Below the pieces are notes generated by a model, which did no database searches, was not told where the DNA came from, and saw only the letters and a list, made by a program, of their open reading frames with translations. A DNA stretch of 64,000 nt from an uncultured bacterium (lineage in GTDB: Bacteria; Acidobacteriota; Thermoanaerobaculia; Multivoradales; JAHZIX01), in the NCBI GenBank assembly GCA_965368975.1, contig CBDUPA010000006.1, forward strand, positions 1 through 64,000, written 5' to 3'. How positions within the stretch are numbered: position 1 is the stretch's first letter; the number at the start of each line of letters is the position of its first letter. The position numbers and the translations under genes are program-made. Shown piece after piece: positions 19,191 through 30,100 of the stretch.

Positions 19191-21029
19191 GTGACGGAAG
19201 AGCGGAAGAGATTACTGAAATCCAGATACTTTGCCATGGGCTCCTTGTTGTTGCCGCTATGTGCGGGAGTGGCCCTCCGGCTATGGGGGCTTGGACGCCA
19301 GGTTCTGGGCGGCGACGAGCTACACGTACTACGCGCGCTGTTGGTGTCCACTTGGCGCGAAACGCTAACCACCTACCGGACGGCAGACCCGTGCTTGCCG
19401 CTCAGCGGTCTGTACCGAGCTCTGCTGGAAGCTGGCGTGCCGCTGACGGAATGGACCCTGCGCCTACCGGTGCTGTTGGCCGGACTGGCTTCCATCCTGG
19501 TCCTGCCGTGGTGCTTGCGGCCATGGGTGGATCGGCGAACGCGCACCGTCTTCGCTTGGCTGTTGGCACTGTCGCCACTGCTGGTGCTCTACAGTCGAAT
19601 CGCCCGTCCCTACGCCATCATCATGCTCCTCAGCTTTGTCGCGCTGGTCGCCTTCCTACGCTGGTGGCAGGGTGCGGCATGGCGTCTGGGCTGGCTCTAC
19701 GCGTTGCTGGCGTCGCTGTGTGGATACTTCCACTTGGTCACCCTGCCGTTACTAGCGGCACCGTTCGCCTTCGCCACGGCGGACTTGCTCTTGATCCGTC
19801 GCTCGGACCGCGAAGAAGGCGGGGAGAGGCGTCGGGAGCGGAGCCGTGGCTGGGCTGACTTGTGGCTGCTCGGGATCGCTACCCTGGCCGCACTGGCCCT
19901 TTGGCTGGTGCCCGCGTCCTCGTCGCTGCGGCGCCTGCTGGAGAGCAAGAGCGGCGCGGGGCGGATCGACTTCGACGTCGTGCTGCCGACGCTCCAGCAG
20001 CAGATGGGAACCTCCTTGCTGCCGGTCGCGCTGGGGCTTTTTGCTGTTGCGCTCTTTGGCGGGTGGAGGTTGTACCGGGCACACGGTCGTTGTGCTGCCT
20101 TCGTGCTGACCGCGTTGATCGTGCAGGTGGTCGGGCTGGCGTTCCTGGCTCCGCTCGGCCTGGAGCGCTCGGTGATCCTCAACCGTTATCTACTACCGCT
20201 GACGCCGTGGTTGCTCCTTGGACTGGCGGCGGGCGCGTGTCGCCTGTGGGATCTGCTCGCAGCCAGGTTGGTGGCGCGCTGGCCTCGCGTGCCGCTTGTG
20301 CGAGGCGTGCCTCTGCCTGGGGAGGGGCCAACTGGGGAATTCCGCAAGGCTGGGTTTCTGGCCGCTTTGCTCCTGGCCGCCGGGTTGTTGGTCCTGGTTG
20401 CCGTGAGTCCTTTCGTCGTGCGGCCGGGGGACCTCTCCGCGGGGATCTCGTCTGCCGACTTCTATCTGCACAGCAGCTTCGTCCACCACCGTGACGCGCT
20501 GGTCTTCGAGGAACCGCTGCCGTGGTTGCCGGGGGAGTTCCTACCCGACGTCTACCGGCAGGTGCGTACCAGCGCCAAGCCCGCGGACGAGGTGCTGGAA
20601 GTGCCGGTGCGCCAAGCCTGGCGGTTCGCGCGCGCCGTCTACGTCTACCAGCGCTTCCATGGCCAGCCGGTACGCGCGGGCACCTTCGAGCAGGGCTTGT
20701 GTCTCGATCGTTGGTCGTTGCGCAATCTGCTGTGTGCGCGTCGCGACGAAGCCGACGCCTTGATCCTGGATGTGGAGCGGCTGCGCGAGTTGGGTGTGCG
20801 CTTTCTGATCGTGCATCTGGATCCGGAGGCCGAAGAGCTGGCTCTGCTGCGGGAGCTGGGTCGCCCCGTGCCGCGTGAACGTCGAGACCCCGACCGCTGG
20901 GACAAGGTCGAGCAAGAGGCTTGGGAGCTCTTCCGGGCTTTCCGGCGCCGCTGGGGCAAGCCGCACGTGCGCGAGGAGACGATCGCGATGTGGGATCTGA
21001 GCCGTCTCGACGGGGGAGACGGTCGCTAA
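19191..21029 (+). CDS. GT-C fold membrane glycosyltransferase-like protein (ArnT/PMT, GT39/GT83-like)
   Basis: Multiple TM helices; LRLWGL...DE motif in the first loop; LRLP, LLALSPLLVLYSRIARPY and RYLLP signatures. Confidence 0.75.
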   Translation: MTEERKRLLKSRYFAMGSLLLPLCAGVALRLWGLGRQVLGGDELHVLRALLVSTWRETLTTYRTADPCLPLSGLYRALLEAGVPLTEWTLRLPVLLAGLASILVLPWCLRPWVDRRTRTVFAWLLALSPLLVLYSRIARPYAIIMLLSFVALVAFLRWWQGAAWRLGWLYALLASLCGYFHLVTLPLLAAPFAFATADLLLIRRSDREEGGERRRERSRGWADLWLLGIATLAALALWLVPASSSLRRLLESKSGAGRIDFDVVLPTLQQQMGTSLLPVALGLFAVALFGGWRLYRAHGRCAAFVLTALIVQVVGLAFLAPLGLERSVILNRYLLPLTPWLLLGLAAGACRLWDLLAARLVARWPRVPLVRGVPLPGEGPTGEFRKAGFLAALLLAAGLLVLVAVSPFVVRPGDLSAGISSADFYLHSSFVHHRDALVFEEPLPWLPGEFLPDVYRQVRTSAKPADEVLEVPVRQAWRFARAVYVYQRFHGQPVRAGTFEQGLCLDRWSLRNLLCARRDEADALILDVERLRELGVRFLIVHLDPEAEELALLRELGRPVPRERRDPDRWDKVEQEAWELFRAFRRRWGKPHVREETIAMWDLSRLDGGDGR

Positions 21030-21145
21030 ATCCCGGTCGCTAAGTCCCGACCCCTAGTTCCGACCTCGATCAAGAACTTGGGTTTGCTCTCATTGCCCGC
21101 CGAGGGTTCTCGCTTGCGAGAATTCAGGTAGGCTCGATCATCTAC

Positions 21146-24100
21146 ATGCAAGATCTCGCTGAACGTCTCGCGTCCTTGCCGCCGGAGCACCGTGCGCTGT
21201 TGGAGCAGCGCTTGCGGTCCAAGGGCATTGCTGTGCCGATTGCCGAGCCGACACTGCAGCGACTGGGCCTGTCGCGGGCCAAGGCGTCCATGGACCAGGA
21301 ACGGCTGTGGTTCATCGATCGGCTGGTCGGGGGGCACCCTGCGTACAACGTCAGCACCTCGTTTCTGATCGACGCCACCCAGCATGCATCGGCAGCGGGT
21401 TTGAACGCCGGAGCTTTGGTGCGAGCGGTACGGGAGATGGTGCGCCGACACGAGGCGTTGCGCACACGCTTCGAGCTCGACGGCGACGAACTGCTGCAAG
21501 TCGTCGAGCCGGACATGGCCCTGGTCGTGCCGCTGGTGGACCTGTCGCGCCTGCCCGCCGAGCGGGCCCATCGCCTGTCACGGGCGCTCGGTTTGCATCG
21601 TGCCCGACAGCTCTTCGACCTCGGATGTACACCGTTGCTGCGCTGCACTCTGGTGCGTGTCACCAGGGATTGCTACTACCTGCCGGTCACCATGCACCAC
21701 ACGGTGACGGATCACATCTCGAGCCACATCGTCGCGCACGAGTTGCCGGCGCTCTATGCCGCCTACGTCGATGGGCGTCCCAGTCCCCTGCCGGAGCCGG
21801 AGTTCCAGTACATCGACTACTCGGTGTGGCAGCGCGAGCTGTGGCAGGGCGAGACGCTGGAGACGACGCTGGCCTACTGGCGCGAGCAGCTGGCGGGAAC
21901 GTCGGGCGTGCTCGACCTGCCGACCGATCGACCACGGCCGGCTGTGCAGACGGTCAACGGGGGCCGCTGGGACGTGCGTATCTCGTCGGCACTGACGGAG
22001 GCGTTCCGTGACATCGGCCGGCGCGTCAACGTGACGCCGTTCGTCGGTGTGCTGGCACTGCAGAAGCTGCTGCTCAGCCGGCACTGTGGCCAGCGTGACG
22101 TTATCGTCGCCTCGCCCGGCGCCAACCGTGACCGCGTCGAGCTGGAGCAGATTTTCGGCTTCTTCCTCAACATGTTGATCTTCCGCTCGGTGCTCGACCC
22201 GGAGGTCTCGTTCCTCAGCCTGCTGGAGAGCGAGCGCGCTGTCACCATGGGAGCGATGGCGCATCAGGAGCTGCCCTTCGCGCGCCTGGTCGAGGAGCTG
22301 GTACCGGAGCGCGACACGAGCCGCAACGCCCTCTTCCAAGTGTCACTGATCTATCTCGAAGGCGCCGAGATGCAGAGCACCGAGGGCCTGCAGTGGAGCA
22401 GCGAGGGTCTGGGCAACAACACCGCCCGCTTCGATTTCACTCTTGCCTTGTGGAACTACGCCAGCGGCTTCGAGGGCGTGCTGGAGTACAACTCGGATCT
22501 CTTCGATGCCACCACCATGGGCCGTTGGGTCGGCCACTTCGAGTGCCTGATGCGCGCCGTGGTCGAGAATCCCGAGGCGCCGATCGGCCAGTTGCAATTG
22601 TGGACGTTGGCCGAGCGTCAGCAGGCCCTGGTCGAGTGGCAGGCTCAGCCTCGAGGGCAGACGAGCGCAGGCAGTCCCGGGTTGCTCGATCTGCTGGCCC
22701 GTGGCCGCGATGCGCGTCCAGATGCGGCAGCGCTGGTCTTCGGCCAGCGGGTGCTGAGTCACGGAGAACTGTGGCGGCGCGTCGAGGCTCTGGCGGAAGT
22801 CCTGCGCCGTCGAGGTGTCGGGCCGGACGTGCGCGTTGGCCTGTGCTGCAGCCGCTCGGAAAGAATGGTGGTGGCTTTGCTAGCGGTGCTGCGGGCCGGT
22901 GGCGCCTACGTGCCGCTCGATCCGTCGCACCCTCCGCGCCGCCTGGCCTACGTGCTCGAAGACGTGCAAGCCTCTCTACTGCTGGCGGACACTCGAGGCC
23001 GCACCGTGCTCGGCGACCTGCTACCCGCGGCCTTGCCGGTGCTGGGACTGGGTGGCTGGGACGCGCAAGTGGCTTCCGTCGAGCCGTCGAGCGGAGCGGT
23101 ACCGTCGGGCAGAGCAGTACCGGCAAACGGAGCAGTACCCTCGAGCCAGCTCGCCTACGTCATCTACACCTCCGGCTCGACCGGCCGGCCCAAGGGCGTG
23201 CAGATCCCGCGTGGTGCGATGGTCAACTTCCTCATCTCGATGGCGCGTCGGCCGGGTCTCGCCCCCGACGACGTATTCGCTGCCGTCACCACCCTGGCTT
23301 TCGACATCGCGGTGCTCGAACTCCTGCTGCCGCTGCTGCAAGGAGCCACTGTCCACGTGCTATCGCCGGTCGTCTCCGCGGATCCCAGGCGTCTGGCCCG
23401 TGCGCTGGAGCTCAGCGCCGCGACGGTGATGCAGGCGACGCCCGCGACCTGGCGTCTGCTGGTCGAGAGCGGTCAACTGGACGGCCGGCTGCACGGGCAG
23501 CTGCGCGTGCTGTGCGGTGGCGAGGCCCTGCCGGATGACCTGGCTCGACGGCTGCGGCTGCGTGCGGCCGAGGTGTGGAACCTCTTCGGTCCCACCGAGA
23601 CCACCGTGTGGTCGGCGGTCGAACCGTTGCAGGGTGGGCTACAGGAGCCAGGTGAGGCACGCGTGACGCTCGGCCGGCCGATCGATGGCACCCGCATCCA
23701 CCTGCTCGACCCACGCCGCCAGCCGGTGCCGATCGGCGTGACCGGTGAGCTGTATATTGGCGGTGCCGGCCTGGCCCGCAGCTACCATGGCCGTGCGGCG
23801 CTCACCGCGGAAGTGTTCACTCCGGACCCGTTCTCGGCAGCCGGTGCACGTCTCTACCGCACCGGCGACCTGGCACGCCAGCTGGCCGATGGGCGGTTGC
23901 ACTTCCTAGGTCGCCGCGACCACCAGGTGAAGGTGCGTGGGTTCCGCATCGAACTGGGCGAGATCGAGGCGTGCTTGCGGCAGCTGCCGGAGGTGCGCGA
24001 GGCGGTGGTGTTGGTCGTCGGCCAGGGTCGTGGAGACCAGCGCCTGACGGCGTTCCTGGTCCCTGCGCACGCTCCTGCACGGCACGCAGGTGTCGAGGAA

Positions 24101-27100
24101 CCCGTCCCGCCCCCAGCCGAGCCGCCCCCAGCCGAGCCGCTCCCAGCCGAGCCGCCACACACCGAGCTACCGGCGGAGCGGTTCGCAGAACACCTCGCCG
24201 GTGACTTGCCACCCTACATGATCCCGAGCGCCTGGCAGATTCTCGACACCCTGCCGCTGACGCCCAATGGCAAGGTCGATCGCAAGGCCTTGCTCCAGCA
24301 GGCCACCCGCGCCACGGGGGGCGCGTCGGGACAGGGGCAGGGGCGGCCGCCGTCCGGCGCTCTGGAAGAAGTGCTGGCGGGCATCTGGGCAAGCACACTG
24401 GGGATCGAGGGCGTGGGTGCCGAGCAGAGCTTCTTCCGCCTCGGCGGTCATTCGCTGCTGGCGGCACAGCTGGTGTCGAGGCTACGCGATGTCCTGGGCG
24501 CCGACGTGCCGCTCAACGCGGTCTTCGAAGCTCCCACCGTCGCCGCCATGGCGCGGAGGATTGGCCAGCACTGGGCCGCCTCGGTGCCTCCGCTGCGACC
24601 TCTGCCACGCGATGCCCGCGGCGTGCCGCTCGAGCCGCCGCCGCTGTCCTTCGCGCAGCAGCGACTGTGGTTCCTCGACCGTCTGCTACCGGGCAACACC
24701 GCGTACAACGTGTTCAGCCCTCTGCGCCTGCTCGGCTCGCTGTACGTCGACCGCCTGCACCAGGCTCTCGGACAGATCGTGGCGCGCCACGAGGTGCTGC
24801 GGACCCGCTATACAGAACCAGCAGAGGTAGAGCTCTCCGAGCTACGGGAGAGGGCTGAGCGGCCGCCGCGGCAGGTCCTAGATCCAGCGTCCCCGGCGTC
24901 GAGCTGGCCGCTGCCCGTCCTCGATCTGAGTGGCCTGCCGGCCGAGCGTCGCACGGCCGCGCTCGAAGACTTGCTCGATATCGAAGCCGGCCGCGTCTTC
25001 GACCTCGCCCGCGGACCCATTCTGCGCACGAGCCTGGTGCGTCTCGCCGGTCGCGAGGAAGCTGGCGACAAGGAGGTGTGTGTCGGCAAGTGGGTCTATC
25101 GCGACCACGTACTGCTGCTCAGCCTCCATCACATCGCCGTCGATGGCTGGTCCGGCGGCGTCTTGCTCGACGAGCTGGCACGTCTCTACGCCGGAGAGAC
25201 ACTACCGCCCCTCGCTTTGCAGTACGCGGACTTCGCCCTCTGGCAGCGCCGATGGCTAGGCGGAGAAGAGGGGTTGAGCGGAGAAGAGGGATGGAACGGG
25301 CAAGAGCGTGCGGCGCAGGTCGATTGGTGGCGCCGGCAACTGCAGGGAGCCCCGAACCTGTTGGACCTGCCGCTCGACCGCCCGCGTCCGTCACTGGAAT
25401 CCTTCCAGGGTGGCTTGCGCGAGATTCGCCTGGGTCGCGACCTGCGAGCCCGCCTGGAGCAGCGAGCCCGAGAGCTGGATGCGACGCCGTTCATGCTGCT
25501 GCTGGCCGGCTGGCTCGTGCTGCTGTGGCGCCTGACCGGTCAGCGCGACCTACCGGTCGGCAGCGCGGTCGCCAATCGCGGCGGCAGCTCCGAGCTGGAG
25601 CGCTTGATCGGCCTGTTCGTCAACTTGCTGGTGCTGCGCGTGCAGGTCGGGTCCGGCAGCTTCGAACAGCTGTTGGCCGCCGTGCGCGAGACGGTCGTTG
25701 GGGCCTTCAGCCACCAGGATCTCCCCTTCGAGGCGTTGGTCGACGACCTGCGAGTGGAGCGCAGCCTGAGCCACAATCCGCTGGTTCAAGTGATGCTCAG
25801 TTTGCTCGACTTTCCGCGCCAGGGTCGTCAGGTGGCCGGTGGTGGCGTGCCGGGTCTCGAGATCCAGCCGCTGCGCCAGGAGCTGGACACGGGGACGGCC
25901 AAGTTCGACCTGACCCTCTTCTTGTGGCCCGATGCGGCGGTGGAGGACAGCGAGCCCGCATCCGCCGACTGGGTCTGCGCCCTGGAGTACAACCGCGACC
26001 TGTTCGACGCGACCACCGTGGCTCGCTGGTTGGCTGGCTGGCGCCAGCTGCTACTGGCGGCCGTGGAAACTCCCGGAGGCGCGCTGGAGCAACTGCCCTG
26101 GTTCGCCCGAGCCGAGCGTCATCAATTGCTGCGCGAGTGGCCCGAGAGCGCTCAAACACAGGCAACGCAGGCGATACAGGCGTCGCCGCGCTACCTGCAC
26201 CAGTGGGTCGAACACCATGCACAGCAGCGGCCCCACGCCATCGCGGTGCTCCACCGTCGCGGGGCACTGACCTATGGTGCTCTGGTCCAGCGGGCGTGGG
26301 CTTTGGCGCGGCGGTTGAGAGCCTTGGGGGTCGGGCCCGAGACGCGCGTCGGTGTCTGTCTTGGCCGCCGGCCGGGGTTCTTGGTGGCGGTCGTGGGAGT
26401 TCTGCAAGCCGGAGCGGCCTGGGTACCGCTGGATCCCGAGTATCCAGCGGCCCGCCTCGACTTCCTGATCCGAGATGCCAGGGTGCAGGCCCTGATCTCG
26501 GAGGCTTCCGTGCCGCTGCCGTCTCTGCCGCCCGATGTGGCCTTCCTGAACGTCGATGCGGCCAGCCTGGATGTTGATGCGGCCAGCCTGGACGAAACTC
26601 CGGCCGATGTGCTTGTCTCCGGCCTCGATGCGGAGCATCCCGCGTACGTGATCTACACCTCCGGTTCGACGGGCACGCCGAAGGGCGTGGTGATTCCGCA
26701 CCGGGCGCTCAACGGCCTGCGCGAGCGCGTACGCAGGGTGGTCGACCCGGGACCGGCCGACCGTGTACTGCAGTTCTTCTCGACCAGCTTCGATGCCTCG
26801 GTGCTCGAAATCACGCTCGCCCTCGGCTTCGGTGCGACCCTGCACCTGGCCGAGCGTGAGGAACGCTGGGCCGGGCCGCCGCTGGCCCGCCTGCTGGCCG
26901 AGAGAGCACCGACGCTGGCGGTGATGCCGCCGTCGGCCCTGGAGTTGACGCCAGCTCCCGGACCCCGCTCGCTGCGCACGCTGATGATCGGCGGCGAGGC
27001 CTGGACGCACCGCCTGGTCGACGCCTGGAGCCTGGACGCCGCGGCGAAGGGTGCGCCTCGTCGTCTGCTCAACACTTACGGACCGGCGGAAGCCGCGGTG

Positions 27101-30100
27101 ATCGTGACGCTCGGTCCCTGTCCCGCGGGCCGCGATCCCCTGCTCGGCGGGTCGCTGCCCGGCGTGCGACTGTACGTGGTCGATCCGCGGCTCGACCTCC
27201 TGCCCGCCGGGGTGCCGGGCGAACTGGTCGCCGGCGGCGATGGCCTTGCGCGCGGCTACCTGGCGCGGCCGGGTCTCACCGCGCGTGCCTTCGTTCCCGA
27301 TCCCTTCGGCGACCCGTCCGGTGATGCGATCGGCGAGCGCCTGTACCGGATCGGCGACCTGGTGCGTCGCCTCGGTGATGGCCAGCTGGACTTCCTGGGC
27401 CGCATCGACCACCAGGTGCAGGTGCGTGGCCACCGCGTTGAGCTGGGCGAGATCGAAGCTGTGCTGGAGGCGCAGCCGCAGGTCTCTCGGGCGGTTGTAC
27501 TCGTAGAGCCCAGCACGTCGGGTGCCGAGGCACGCTTGGTGGCCTGCTTGGTGCCCCAGCTAGAAGCGGCAGGCGGCGAAGGCGAGGCCCAGCTGAGCCA
27601 GTGGCAAGACCTATTCGACGACCTCTACCGCGGCGAGGCTCTGGACATCGCGTCCGCGAGCACCGCGACCTTCGACCTGGTGGGCTGGGAAAGCACCTAC
27701 ACCGGCCGCGCCATCCCCGAGGCCGAAATGGCGCGCTGGCTGCAGGACACCGTCGACGGCGTGCTGGCGCTCGGTCCCGGCCGGGTACTGGAGATCGGCT
27801 GCGGCACCGGCATGGTGCTGTTCCGGGTGGCGCCCTACTCCGGTAGTGCTGCTTCCAGCAGCTCAGATAAGGGCGCGGCCTACGTCGGCACCGACATCTC
27901 GGCGCCGGTCCTGGAGCAGCTGGACCGCCGCCTGGCACAGGTCCCTGACCTGCCAGCGATCGAGCTACAGCAGCGCGCCGCGCACGACTTCAGCGGCCTG
28001 CCACTCGCCGGTTTCGATACCGTCGTGCTCAACTCGGTGGCGCAGTACTTCCCCAGCGTGCACTACCTGGCCGAGGTGCTGGAGGGTGCGGTCGCGGTGA
28101 CGCGCGATGGCGGTGCCGTGTTCGTCGGTGACCTCCGGTCGCTACCTCTGCTCGATGCCTTCCATGCCTCGGTGACCCTGTTCCGAGCGGACGACGACGT
28201 GCCGGTCGCGACGCTGCGTCGGCAGCTGGAGCAGCGCCGGCTGCAGGAGAATGAGCTGGCGGTCGACCCGGCCTTCTTCTTTGCCCTGGCCGAACACCTT
28301 CCGCGGCTGAGGGCGGTCGAGATCCGACCCAAACGCGGTCGCGACGCCAACGAGCTGATCCGCTTCCGCTACCAGGTAGTCCTCCATGTGGGTGCGGCGT
28401 CCGCGGCTCCGGAGATCGCTTGGGAAGATGGACGCGGTTTCGATCTGCCGTCCCTGCGCCGTCGTCTGCAAGCCGCGCGTGCGGCGGGCGAGCCTCAGGT
28501 CGCCGTGCGCGACTTGAGCAACGCGCGGGTGGCGGCCGACGCTCGGCTGCTCGCTCTGCTGGTGGACAGGGACGCCACGACCACGGCTGGCGAACTGCGT
28601 CGCCACGCCGGCGAGGCTTCCGGTGTCGATCCCGAGGCGCTGTGCGAGCTGGCCGAAGAGCTGGGCTACGAGGCCCGCCTGGGCTGGAGCCGGCCGGGGA
28701 CCGAGGGTCGCTTCGAGAGTCTCCTCCTTCGCTTGCCAGCAGGCTTGCACGTTCGTGCGGGCTGCCCGCCGCTGCCCGAGGCCCTGTCTAGTCAAGGGGA
28801 TGACTGGGCCGCCTACGGCAATGATCCCGGCCGCGGCGCGCGGGCCCGGCAGCTGGTGCCGGAGCTGCGGGAAGCGTTGGCAGCAACCTTGCCGGAAGCC
28901 ATGGTGCCAGCCTCCTTCGTGCTGCTCGACGCTCTGCCGCTGACCGCCAACGACAAGGTCGACCGTGCCGAGCTGGCGCGTCTGGCGGCGGCGAGGTCGA
29001 GGCTCGCCGGGTCCAGGTCGTCGGGCAGTGCCCGGCTGCCGTATAGCGAGCTGGAGCGCACACTGGCCGAGCTGTGGCGGGAGCTACTGGGTGTCGAGCG
29101 CGTGGCGGTGGACGACAACTTCTTCCACCTGGGTGGGCACTCCCTGCTGGCGACGCAGCTGGTGTCGCGGCTGCACGAACGTCTGGAGGTCGAGCTACCG
29201 CTGCGGACCGTCTTCGAGGCGCCGGTGCTGAGTGAGCTGGCGGCGCGCCTCGAGGTGCTGCTGGCGGCCGGTACTCGGGCACCGCGGGCCGGTCTCACGG
29301 CCACTGCTGCGGACGGCGAGGTACCGCTGTCCTTCGCCCAGCAACGCTTGTGGTTCCTCGATCGCCTGGTGCCGGACAACCCGTTCTACAACATGTTCAG
29401 TCCCGTGCAGTTGAGCGGCCGGCTCGACGCGCCGGCCCTGCAGCGCACGCTCGACACCATCGTGCGCCGTCACGCGGTGTTGCGCACGCGCTTCGTCGCA
29501 CGCCAGGGGCAGGCACGGCAGGTGATCGACCCTCACCGCCCCGTGGTGCTGCCGCGGGTCGATCTCGGCCGCCTGTCCGAGTCTGCCGCCGATGGCTGCC
29601 TGACGATCCTGGTGCAGCAGGAGCGCTTGCGTCCCTTCCGCCTCGACGCCGAGTGGCCGCTGCGCGCGGTGCTGGTGCGCCGGGGGCCCGAGTCTCATGC
29701 CCTGCTGCTCAACGTGCACCACATCGCGGCGGACGGCTGGTCGATGGGCGTTTTCTTCGGCGAGCTCGGCCTGCTCTACAACGGAGCCGAACCGGCGCCC
29801 TTGCCCTGCCAGTATGCCGACTTCGCGGTCTGGCAGCGGCAGTGGCTGTGTGGTGACAACCTGGAACGCCAGCTCGGCTACTGGCGACGACAGCTGGCGG
29901 ATGTACCGCCGTCCCTGGATCTGCCCTTCGATCGCCCACGCCCGGCGGTCGAGCGTTTCCGCGGCGGCGTGGTGAGTTTCGACCTACCACCCGCCACTAC
30001 CGCATCGGTGCTGGAGCTGGCCCAGCGCCTGAGCGTCACACCCTCGATGCTGTTGCTCAGCGTCTACAAGGTGCTGCTAGCGCGGCTCAGCGGTCAGCGG

